A stretch of DNA of 64,000 nucleotides from Macrostomum lignano (lineage: Eukaryota), in NCBI GenBank assembly GCA_002269645.1, contig NIVC01003396.1:2419-66418 (forward strand), given 5' to 3'. Below are positions 26,481-38,500 of the stretch, piece by piece. The position numbers and the translations under genes are program-made. The notes beneath the pieces were generated by a model. That model saw only the letters and a list, made by a program, of their open reading frames with translations. It had not been told where the DNA came from and ran no database searches. Within the stretch, counting starts at the first letter, position 1; every line of letters starts with the position of its first letter.

Positions 26481-29400
26481 TCCTCAATCTAAAAATAGAT
26501 TTAATCCAATTATAAAACCTGACTATTAATATCTATTGAAAATGTAATAATTACTCAGACTATGACTGTCTATATTCATGTTATATATAGCCTACACGAT
26601 TCTGTGCGTGCATTCATATACTGTATATAGATTCGTCAACAAAGACCAATATATGTAGAATATATTTAGCTCTTTCAGTGAACACTGAATTGATCAATAG
26701 GCTTGACCTGCCCTATACATGTATACCCCCCCCCCTACCAAAATTATATACTGAGATAAATAATTAGTCATTTTGGCGCAGCTGTCAGTCAAAACCAGTC
26801 AGTCAAAAGCAGTTGCTGAAATTAATGAGCTGCATGCTACAAGTACATATACGTTTAATTTACGCTCGTAGAAAACTTTATGACAAATTATTCATATACT
26901 ATAGAATGCATGTATTGTATGTGTTCGATGTTAAATCTACAGTAAATATTTAAAAGCTACATATAATGTTTCATGTAAATTTTAGATGATTTATAGTTGT
27001 TTTTTCTGGTGTTATCTATTCTTCTTTTGTTAGAATTATGCACGTCGTGCTTCTAATTAGTTCTTAGTTTAATCAAAGCGCGGGAAATGCCACGCGTTTA
27101 ACTTTATGCCCTCCTAAATTCATTGTTCAATCCACATGCGAAAACACTACTGCATGCACATATATGTAGAATCATACAAACATAAATTGTTAATGCTATG
27201 AAACATCCTATCAAAAGTACGCTCACCTGTCTCGCAGTTCGCAGCCAATCAAATCATAGGAATTCGCTGACCCAAAAATGCTATTTTTCAAGGAATTAAT
27301 CAATCAGTACCATGGAGTGTGTCACCCAAACGCGCGAACTTTGTCAAACGCGAACCACATGAATAATTCATTTCACCATACATGGCAACCATTTCGCAAA
27401 AGGCACTAATCGCAGCAATAGTGTTACATATGTATTTTCGCTAGTAGCAACCTAAACTCTGCCCCTTCAACCTTGTCAAAAACCAAAAGCTGACCTTTTG
27501 ACATTATCATGCACTTTTGAGCTTGTAGCTTTGCACTCAATGAATTACTTACACGTTATTTCCCTGCAAAATATACTATAATACAAGTGTGGTTTCACAG
27601 AAGCCAAATATTTCAGAAAGCATTTTAATTTCACACAGGGCCCTAAGAAGAGGAGACGTCTTGATCAAACTGACCGCGACACCGCAGCTTTAACGAACAA
27701 TAAGAAACGAATACATACATATAAAGACGAAAGCAGCACTCGAACCCCATAGCTATAGGAAGCTAAATATATTCTTTCTAATCTTAAACTGGATGCCCAG
27801 ATTTATGTTCAGGAAGTGTTGAGTTTTCTTGAGTACAGTAGCTAGAGAGAATCCGGCCGATTGTTAAGTACACCTAAAAAAGTCTCCCCTCACGAATTCA
27901 ACATGTGGCCATGAAACTTTCACAGCTGAAGAACACATGTTCCATGTAAATCAAAAGATCATTGTAATCTTCACTGGCCCAGATCAAATGCAACAATTGA
28001 TGTCTGAGACTTCAGATAAAAATTTATTTCTCCTATGTACGTGTACACGTACATGTATATATAAATATATGTGGTGTATTTTTTCTAGGAAACCGGCCTC
28101 TAAAAATCATACAGTTAAATATATTTGATCTGATCGACCTGAGTTACGCGCTCGTACGAATTTTTCTGACTACAGGCGAACAGGCGAATCCTAGTAGGCG
28201 ATTGGACTGGATCCTCGTAAATATAGGTTCTTCCCTGGATGGTGCAACTAAATCGAAAAGTGACACATCGTACTAACTCAGCAATTGCATGACGACGATT
28301 TACTATAAAGAAATCATCAGCTATCACACTACAAGAACGTTGATGCCTCCTCACAGCTAGCCTCTTATAATGTTGCACAAAAAGGTGGCCAGAACGATAG
28401 TTGCGATATGAGAATTTCCTTTACTCTAGGCTAGCCAGCCTACACCACATAACCAGCAAAGCGGTTCTTATAGCTCTTTATTTCTTTTATTAGGCCACCA
28501 AAGAAAACCATATAAACTGATAGGATCCTCTAGTATCTAGGCTGAATTTGAATCATGAATAGGCCTTATTTGCTTTGTGTAACTTTTAAGGCAAATAATT
28601 GGTTTTAAGACTTAGATTTTAGCCAACTGGATAATCCAGAGACCAATACAAAATGAGCAAGTTGAGATCTGAAAACTGTGCAAGAAAGAAAAAGCACCAC
28701 TCTGGTTTGAGATGGGTGTCTATTTTATACAGATTGGCATTTTAACCCCCCCCCCTCACCACCAGTGGGGTGTCTTTGCACGGTTAGCAATGGCGGGGGT
28801 TTTAAGCAACAAAAATAAAAAACAAGTTCTATATAAATTTAGTTGGTTCTAGTAGGTGGCTAAGTGTGTGGGTTAGAGATTATTTGAGGTTTTGCAAATC
28901 TATGTGTTGAATTAGATAAAATTTAGGATAGAAAGATTAAATAGAAAAAGAGCTTTGTTTTCTGTCTCTTAACTCTGTCCATGGATGATTATACAGTCCT
29001 CTTTCTCTCTCTCTCTTGGTTGTCAAGCTATTTGGGGTTGATCTCGCCTTCTTAGATAGCTTTGGGTTGGATAGAAGTCTGTGGGTGGGCTGTGCAATTC
29101 TCTTCTGAAGTTTGCCAGGTTCTGATGCGTGCCACAGGCTGATTGCTCTTCTTGACATCATTGGTACATGCCATGGGCCAGTTGCTCTTTGATATAATTG
29201 CAGTTTAAATTGGGCCTCTCCTTGGTTTGCTTTTCCTAGCTGGTTTGAGCGCCATTGCCTGTGGCGGGATTTTGCTACTCACTGAAATGGAAAGAGGCTT
29301 TATTAGATTTGGCCATTTAAATTTGACTTGACAGTTGATTAATTATCTTAAAGCTGCTTCTGTTTGCCATTCTAATAGCTAACTAGGAGTTCCATTGTGC

Positions 29401-30554
29401 TATTCTATTTCACCCTTCACTGCGCCTAGGCATTTCATAATTTTGTGCATTCATATGCAACAGTCAGCCAAGTTGGCTGATCTGGCCAACTGATTTGGTG
29501 GCCAACCAAGATAAGTTGCAAAAATACCCACCCAAATAGATACCCAAGTAGTAATAAGTAGATGATGAGGCATTTTGCTTTAATAAGACAGTCAGTTACT
29601 CCTGCCATTTACCCAAAGTTGCATTAATTTTGCTTTAAAATGTCACATTTTTTGTTAAAACTAAATCACATGGCTAACTGAATTTTGGAGGTTGCACATA
29701 TGATTTTGTACCTATCTTCTAACTTAGGGTAAAAACTTTAGATTTCTTACTTTTATAGGTAAAATATCTATATATTTTAGCTAGTTGCTACATTTTTAAG
29801 ATCTATTTTTGTTGTCACATGGGCCTCTTGTTAATTTTCCTTATCAATGTTGAGTTCAATGCCAAAAGCAATGTTTTCAAAGTATACTAGCAGACACTGC
29901 ATATTTATTAGCCTAGGCCTATTATATTGCATTGAAAGTCCAAGACTCTATAGTTTTTCATGTAGTGCCTTTACAATATATGAGGCACATCTATCAGAGC
30001 TATACTGCCCAAGTAAACTTGAGTTAGTATGACAGCAAAAAATTAACAATCCATGGCAAAATTGATATCAATGGGATACTATGGCTAGGTATTGCCTACC
30101 ACCTTAGATCAATATCATCCTACCACAGAGTATAAGCAAGTGGGAGGGCAAGAGAGTAGAAAAACTGCACCTAAATCGAATCTTAAACCTGTTTCTACAG
30201 GTGTTTGTACCCATGCAAACCAAGTCAACTTAAATATAATTATTTTAGTTCTAAGTAGTCTAACCAATTATAAAAGAATTATACTCTTGAAATATTTTAT
30301 ACTTCAAAGCTAACAATTAAGATAATATTTTGATTGTTTTTTGAATTTTTTTTATAACTAAAAAGTGAGTTTATTTGAGTCTAGAACTAAATTTAAATTT
30401 GCATTTTTTAGGTTGAGTATGTATATAATTTTGAATTGACACAAAAAGTATAATCCATTTTATTGGCACTGATTATTTAATTTCTGTATGACAAATATTT
30501 AGATTATTGTATTCTCATTCATGAAAAGCAAAATCTTTATATAGATGTTGAAAA

Positions 30555-33276
30555 ATGATCTGCCAGCTTGTGTGTCTTTTGTTTATTTCGACTGCTTCTC
30601 CAGTATTGTCTGCAGTTCCTCAGACAGTCTATGGAGATCTCTTAGCTAATGTTCTTAACCCAAATACCTATCTTAAGACTGCAATGCCAATATGCAATCA
30701 TGGTGAAAAACTTCACGTTGGCCAGGATATGATTCTGTACCAGCTCTATGACCTGGAAGAGCCAACTCAGATGCTTACTGTAAGTGCATTTCAATTTTTA
30801 AATACCAATATTGATAAAATATTTTTGTCTATATCTCATCTGTCCATCTGAACCCCAACATGTATCCGAATCTTTAAACCTTTTCATTTCCCATCTTATC
30901 GATCCAATGTGCGCAGCCCAGTCTTCAACTCCTTCCTCCCACCACCCCATCTTATTGCTCAAATAAGCGCTGCCCACTGCCCAGCCTTCAACCCCTTCCC
31001 CCCCCCCATTTCCCCCATCCCCCACCACCCCATCTTATCGCTCCAATTTGCGCAGCCCAGCCTTCAACCCCTTCCCCCCACCACCCCATCTTACCGCTCC
31101 AATGTACGCAGCCCAGTCTTCAACCCCTTCCCCCACCACCCCCATCTTATCGCTCCAGTGTACGCAGCCCAGCCTTCAACCCCTTCCCCCACCACCCCGT
31201 CTTATCGCTCCAGTGTACGCAGCCCAGCCTTCAACCCCTTCCCCCCACCACCCCCATCTTATCGCTCTAATGTACGCAGCCCAGCCTTCAACCCAGATGT
31301 GCTTCAACCCCTTCCCTCACCACACCATCTTATCGCTCCAACGCGCTGTTACCCGTCTAACTTTGCCATCTCTTAATGGCACAAAGATTTTTAATTAGTC
31401 CAATCCCCAATCTAGGTAGACGTATGGGTTGAGTCAACCTGGCGAGACTGTCGCCTCACCTGGGACCCGGCTGCCTATCACAACGTGACGAGTTTCGCTG
31501 TGAAAGCCACTGAGATCTGGCATCCGGATTTGGTGTTCTTCGAATCTTTGCACGGCAATTTCGCCGAAGCTCTTGGCGTCCTTGGCCAGTCGACTGCTAG
31601 GGTTAGATATGACGGCATGGTGGAGCTCGGCTCCCAGATGCTCATTAACACTTTCTGCAGGGTAGACCTCCGCCTTTATCCGTTCGATAAGCAGCGCTGC
31701 AACATCACGTTCGCCTCGTGGAGCAAAGATAATCGAACTTTTGTCCTGAGGAAGAAAGTGGACTCAGGAACCGGGGCCGATCACGCTTTCAAGGCGGCTA
31801 GCAACGGAGCCTGGCTGGTTGAAGGCTTCCCGGCGTTTAATAAAATTGTCCAGCGCAAGGTTGGGTTGAATGAGAGCGCCGAGCCGGCCTGGTTTACCGA
31901 GGTCACCTTCCAGCTGCGGCTGCGCAGGAAGCCGCTCTATCATCAGGTGGGTCAGGGGGCTGCTGCCAGGTTGTGAATAACTAGATAAGCATCCAGGGTC
32001 CGAAAAATAATAATTAGATCAGCATCCAGATTCGGTGAATAATAATAATTACCAGGGTCGTAAATAATAGTAAATCGATCAACAATTCAGAGTCGGTAAC
32101 TAATAATAATTTGATAAGCATCCAGGGTCCGAAAAAAATTATATAAGCATCTAGGGTCCGAAAAATAATAATCAGATAAGCATCCAGGGTCCGAAAAGTA
32201 ATAATCAGATAGGCATCCAGGGTCTGAAAAGTAATAATCTGACAAACATCCAGGGTCCGAAAAGTAATAATTATATAAGCATATAGGGTTGTGAATAATA
32301 ATAATTAGATAAGCATCCAGGGTCGGTGAATAATAATAATTAGATAAGCATCCAGGGTCGGTGAATAATAATAATTAGATAAGCATCCAGGGTCGTTAAT
32401 AAAAATAATTTGATAAGCATCCAGGGTTGTGAATAATAATAATTTGATAAGGATCCAGGGTCCGAAAAGTAATAATTAGATAAGCATCCAGGGTTGTGAA
32501 TAATAATCAATAGATAAGCATCCAGGGTCGGAATAATAAAATTTAATAAGCACTCAGGCCCGTTAAAAACGTTTCTATGTCAAGAATCGCTAAATAGTCA
32601 AGCAACTCACTAGTGACTCTGGGGAGGGGGGGGCGGCGACTCTGGTGACAAGAGTGACAAGAGTTGACTCTTGTGACATTTATTATCCTACACTATATAG
32701 TACTAATCAGTAGTACAAATCTCGCTAATCCCCAACCAGGCCTACATGGTGTTTCCATGCGCTCTGCTCACCTGGCTAGCCCTGCTAGTTTACCTGTTGC
32801 CAGCCGAGTCCGGAGAGAAAATCGGTTACGTAACCACACTGCTTCTGTCGCTGGTTGTATTCCTACTGATGCTGGCTGACAATATACCCAGGTCTGGCGA
32901 TTGCGTCCCCATACTTGGCCAATACTTTGTCATGTGTGTCCTGTTAGTAGCACTGGCTAATGTTAGCACCGTACTCAGCTACAGTCTCAGTCTGCGTAGC
33001 GACGAGTTCTCGCCGCCGAAATTGTTGCTGGCCTGCCTGTCTCTGGCTGGCCTGTGCGGACTGCAGTTCCGCTGCGATGGCGGCTGGAGGCTGTTCACTT
33101 TCTCTAGGCGGCAGCTCATGCCCAGCCGCAACGGTGGCGCCAAACAGCTGAGCAACAGCGACAAATGGCGCCTGTTGGGCATTGTGTGCGACCGGTTCTG
33201 CCTGCTGGTGTACGGCGTGCTGTGCACCGCACTAACCATCTGGATTGCCGGCTTTTCTAACGAGACTGAGGACTGA
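30555..33276 (+). CDS. Cys-loop ligand-gated ion channel subunit, nicotinic acetylcholine receptor-like, non-alpha (no vicinal Cys), ~430 aa; exons 30555-30779, 31416-31946, 32740-33276
   Basis: Signal peptide MICQLVCLLFISTASPVLSA. Motifs: QMLT|VDVWVESTWRDCRLTWDP, IWHPDL, Cys-loop CRVDLRLYPFDKQRC (C-x13-C), FASWS, RRKP, M1 YMVFPCALL..LP, AESGEK-M2 (IGYVTTLLLSLVVFLLML), VPILGQYF-M3, M4 preceded by W..LGIVCDR. Both introns are phase 0 GT-AG. Confidence 0.93.
30905..31330. repeat. ~55-bp C-rich intronic minisatellite (CTTATCGCTCCA.TGTACGCAGCCCAGCCTTCAACCCCTTCCCCCACCACCCC)n
   Basis: In nAChR-like intron 1. Confidence 0.9.
31980..32540. repeat. ~37-bp intronic minisatellite (GATAAGCATCCAGGGTCCGAAAA(A/G)TAATAATTA)n
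   Basis: In nAChR-like intron 2. Confidence 0.9.
32559..32670. mobile_element. Terminal fragment of the same TIR element, opposite orientation, in nAChR-like intron 2
   Basis: CCCGTTAAAAACGTTTCT..CAAGAATCGCTAAA.AGTCAA.CAACTCACTAGTGAC is the reverse complement of the 3' end at 51340-51396. Confidence 0.6.
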
Positions 33277-33429
33277 TTGATTTGGAAAAATGAGGAGTAA
33301 TGATTGACGTTGAAATTTTATAGATTTCAGTTATTGATTACACGCATGCTATGCTAATTATATCAAATTTACTTTCATTTTTATGAGACTTTGATTGGAT
33401 TTTCTGTTGAAGCCTTCAAAAAACGTAAG

Positions 33430-34045
33430 CCTCCCAGATCCTCAGTTGCTGGGCCACCAGCCTCCCAGATCGTTAGTTGCTGGGCCAGCCTCCAGATCTT
33501 CAGTTGCTGGGCCAGCCTCCCAGATCTTCAGTTGTTGGGCCAGGCTTCCAGATCTTCAGTTGCTGGGCCAGCCTCCCAGATCTTTAGTTGCTGGGCCACC
33601 AGCCTCCCACATCTTCAGTTGCTGGGCCAGCCTCCCAGATCATCAGTTGTTGGGCCAGCCTCCCAGATCATCAGTTGCTGGGCCAGCCTCCCAGAGTGTC
33701 AGTTGCTGGGCCAGCCTCCCAGATCTTTAGTTGCTGGGCCAGCCTCCCACATCTTCAGTTGTTGGGCCAGCCTCCCAGATCGTTAGTTGCTGGGCCAGCC
33801 TCCAGATCTTCAGTTGCTGGGCCAGCCTCCCAGATCTTTAGTTGCTGGGCCACCAGCCTCCCACATCTTCAGTTGCTGGGCCAGCCTCCCAGATCATCAG
33901 TTGTTGGGCCAGCCTCCCAGATCATCAGTTGCTGGGCCAGCCTCCCAGAGTGTCAGTTGCTGGGCCAGCCTCCCAGATCCTCAGTTGCTGGGCCAGCCTC
34001 CCAGATCCTCAGTTGCTGGGCCAGCCTCCCAGATCGTCAGTTGCT
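33430..34045. repeat. 28-bp minisatellite (GTTGCTGGGCCAGCCTCCCAGATCTTCA)n, array 1
   Basis: Downstream of the nAChR-like stop. Confidence 0.95.
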
Positions 34046-34844
34046 AAAAGTGTGGTTGGCAACAAATTATCAATTTAATCGCTTAATCTCAGTTTTTATA
34101 TCTATTTTCATCATCGGCTTCCTGTTATCACAATTATAAGAAGAATCACATCTTCTCAAACAACTAATCTTTAGTTAAATGGATTTCTGATTTTGACTCT
34201 ATATTGCATGATATTTTACAAGATCATTAATACTGACATTAAGAAGTGATTTCGCCTTTATTGTATGTCGTTATCAGAAACAAAAACATTTTTTTCTTCA
34301 ATCATTCTTAGAAAAGGAATTTTGCGAAACAAAAATTTGTAGAAGAAAATTAGATTTTTTTAAAATAATTCTAAATATTCTCGTATTATTTTTCAAATAA
34401 GCATCTATGCTACTTGATATTCTCTCTCTGTGTAAGTAGAATAAGCGTGCACTATCTCTATATTTTTATTCTTGTTTTAAATGTGTTTCTGCCGACAAAA
34501 TTTTTTTCAAGTGTCGCAGCTTTTGTTTTCCCAGTAGCCTGCAGCTTAAAGATATCAGACAGGGTCCTGATCCATATTCATGCTTTACTTCTTCAAATTT
34601 CTTTTTTTCTTCTGTTTGCCTATCTATCGGCTTTTGAAACACTTTTTCCCCGACGACAAACTCAATACCCCCAAATCCGACAAGTTCAATAAAATCAACG
34701 CATCAGGATACAGCTTTGAAGTTTTCGAATAAGAACTTTGTGCTATGAAATCTGTGAAACAAATCAATGTGTTAGAATATTTATTTTTGTGTTCACGCAA
34801 GTAAATTTGAAAAAAAATTATGCTGGAATTTCAGACTTGACCAC

Positions 34845-35275
34845 CGCCAGCCTCCCAGAGTGTCAGTTGCTGGGCCAGCCTCTCAGATCCTCAGTTGCTG
34901 GGCAACCAGCCTCCCAGATCTTCAGTTGCTGGGCCAGCCTCCCAGATCCTCAGTTGCTGGGCCAACCTCCCAGAGTGTCAGTTGCTGGGCCAGCCTCCCA
35001 GATCCTCAGTTGCTGGGCAACCAGCCTCCCAGATCTTCAGTTGCTGGGCCAGCCTCCCAGATCCTCAGTTGCTGGGCCGGCCTCCCAGAGTGTCAGTTGC
35101 TGGGCCGGCCTCCCAGAGTGTCAGTTGCTGGGCCGGCCTCCCAGAGTGTCAGTTGCTGGGCCGGCCTCCCAGAGTGTCAGTTGCTGGGCCAGCCTCCCAG
35201 ATCCTCAGTTGCTGGGCCGGCCTCTCAGATCCTCAGTTGCTGGGCCAGCCTCTCAGATCCTCAGTTGCTCTGCCA
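34845..35275. repeat. 28-bp minisatellite, array 2 (same motif and orientation as array 1)
   Basis: Separated from array 1 by ~800 bp of AT-rich unique DNA. Confidence 0.95.
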
Positions 35276-35543
35276 ACCTCCCAAGATCGGGTTATTGCGC
35301 GCCTTTCCATTAACATGGATTACACTTTAGGGTTTAGTCAATTTCTGTTAGAGTCAAGTAATAAAATGGTAACGACAGCAAAACACGAAGCACGAGTTAA
35401 CCGAAGTAATAAAAGGTTGCATTTATTTTATCGATAATTGCAGTTATTGTTAATTACAATATTATAAGCGGGAAATAAGCATTGGAATTGAAGTTAAATA
35501 TTGCACACTCTAGCAGATAGGTTAAGCATTGCTGTACACACGG

Positions 35544-38500
35544 CTAGGCAACAAAGGCCGCTCTCTTGTGTCGCCTGCCTATCATCTCGCGGTCCATCAG
35601 TGCCTTTTTAGCCAAGTATTTTTGTCGTTTTATTTTGCGTTTCAAGTCTTCGGGAATGTTTGGTATAAACCAGTTCATCACACTGGTCAATAGGGTCACG
35701 ACTTGCTGCATGTGAAGATTTTTTGTGAGGTTTATATATTAGCTTCATTGGTTATACTCATTAATCTTGATACACATCTCTCTAGAATGTTTGGTCAGCC
35801 ACCACCACCTCACTCTGGATTGATTGGTCAGCCACCACCACCTCACTCTGGATTGATTGGTCAGCCACCACCACCTCACTCTGGATTGATTGGTCAGCCA
35901 CCACCACCTCACTCTGGATTGATTGGTCAGCCGCCACCACCTCACTCTGGATTGATTGGTCAGCCACCACCACCTCACTCTGGATTGATTGGTCAGCCAC
36001 CACCACCTCACTCTGGATTGATTGGTCAGCCACCACCACCTCACTCTGGATTGATTGGTCAGCCACCACCACCTCACTCTGGATTGATTGGTCAGCCACC
36101 ACCACCTCACTCTGGATTGATTGGTCAGCCACCACCAACCTCACTCTGGATTGATTGGTCAGCCACCACCACCTCACTCTGGATTGATTGGTCAGCCACC
36201 ACCACCTCACTCTGGATTGATTGGTCAGCCACCACCACCTCACTCTGGATTGATTGGTCAGCCGCCACCACCTCACTCTGGATTGATTGGTCAGCCACCA
36301 CCACCTCACTCTGGATTGATTGGTCAGCCACCACCACCTCACTCTGGATTGATTGGTCAGCCACCACCACCTCACTCTGGATTGATTGGTCAGCCGCCAC
36401 CACCTCACTCTGGATTGATTGGTCAGCCACCACCACCTCACTCTGGATTGATTGGTCAGCCGCCACCACCTCACTCTGGATTGATTGGTCAGCCGCCACC
36501 ACCTCACTCTGGATTTATTGGTCAGCCACCACCACCTCACTCTGGATTGATTGGTCAGCCACCACCACCTCACTCTGGATTGATTGGTCAGCCGCCACCA
36601 CCTCACTCTGGATTAATTGGTCAGCCACCACCACCTCACTCTGGATTGATTGGTCAGCCACCACCACCTCACTCTGGATTGATTGGTCAGCCGCTACCAC
36701 CTCAATCTGGATTGATTGGTCAGCCACCACCACCTCACTCTGGATTGATTGGTCAGCCGCCACCACCTCACTCTGGATTGATTGGTCAGCCACCACCACC
36801 TCACTCTGGATTAATTGGTCAGCCACCACCACCTCACTCTGGATTGATTGGTCAGCCACCACCACCTCACTCTGGATTGATTGGTCAGCCGCCACCACCT
36901 CACTCTGGATTGATTGGTCAGCCACCACCACCTCACTCTGGATTGATTGGTCAGCCACCACCACCTCACTCTGGATTCGTAAATAAAGCCTGCATAATCT
37001 CTCACCTGAAAGAACAGCATATAAACAATTCTGATAGCCTGCAGTTTCCAGTAGTACTCGGTGTTATTCGGTATCATGTTAAACCGACACGGCTCAGACG
37101 TTGTGTTTGCTTGAGCCCAGCTCAGGGTGTAATTCTTGAAGCCCAAGTCACCCCCGTAAACAGGTCTGAAGACGCTGATAGCTAACGACTCTGATGTGAA
37201 TGCCATCAGAGAACCCTGAAACGGGGACGAGTGAATGAAGGCATAGCAAACTGCACGCATGTCTTTTGCAGTTGTCCAATGTGGATTCACGAGTGTTATT
37301 CAAGCTGACGATATTATAAAATGCTTCCAGAACCCGGCAATAAAGCAAAGTTTCCGGCGGAATTCCGTTATGACAAGGCAACTGTATTAATAGTCTTCCT
37401 TTCCCAGGTTAATTGGAAAACCTCAACCTACTTGCAAAATGTGAACCCTCAAACTTTACGTTTAAATTGCCGTCTCGCAGTTTAGTGTGAAAACATCGAT
37501 AACCAGTCTCTTTCTAACGCATGAAAAGTTTTCTCAAGGGCGTTGCAGGCACCCCAGTGAAACGTCTTCAACGACATCGTCCCGCAACCAGCTCTGACGG
37601 TGATTCTGCCCATTCCGCTGACTCCTGAGCACATGCAAGCGCGCCAATACTGTACGCAGGCTGGCACTCATACACACGCTCACACAGGGTGTACAGCAGC
37701 GGCCCTTTGACTTTCTAAGTGCACTTTGCATGTGCACTCTCTGTGCCCTGGTGGTTGGCCTCCATGGCTGTAAATCGCACGACAACTTTCCTCAGGTCAA
37801 ACTCTGGTGCACGCAAGAAGCCCCAAATGAATGTAGGAATCTAACCAGGGAACGTAGCGCGAGAGTCGGACGCGCTCACTACTGAGCCTGCCCTATATTG
37901 TGCCTTGAGCCTTGAGCCTTGAGTCTGACTGCATTGCCCGACATTGATTACTCTTCAAAACTCACATTAGAAATAACCGCCACGTGAGCCACAAATTTCA
38001 TCATTGAGAACCAAATCCCGATGCTCTGAGCTCGCTCTGGCAGAGGCCGTCGAGTGCCGATTACCAGCTTCCTGGCGTCAAGGCGGATCTCAACCAAATT
38101 GTTGATGAGCGCGAACAGTGGCGCCAACGGGAAGGCCGGCACAAACAAGGTGACAAAGCCGAACTGCATGATGAGCTCTAAGTAGTCCATGAACAGACCA
38201 GTGTCGTACGGAATCAGCATGTAGTCAGCGTCCCACGACTGGCTGGCGTTTGGCAGCTGGTTTGCTTGCAGGCCGGTAGAGCCGATGTGGAGGAATGTAA
38301 GCAGCTTTCTAGAAAGAAAATATTATAAAGTAATTGGGTCAGAACCACACAGTGTGAGCTTTGAAGATTCAAGATTTCAAGCTTAACAACTGCAACCTGT
38401 GTCTTAAGATACTTCCCAATGCTAAACTAAACAATTGTTTCAGTTTCAGTAGTTAGCGGTAGGGGGCTGTTGTGCACCCTGGCGCACTTTAAGCGACATT

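Noticed and set aside
27640-29300. Short ORFs (28115-28378, 28937-29161) in moderately GC-rich unique sequence
   Set aside because: No motifs recognised and frames are interrupted. They may be decayed transposon or regulatory DNA but cannot be supported.
31980-32540. Conserved 16-mer (ATAAGCATCCAGGGTC) with variable AT-rich gaps, superficially CRISPR-like
   Set aside because: The 'spacers' are variants of each other, the array is inside a spliceosomal intron, and there are no cas genes; this is a degenerate minisatellite.
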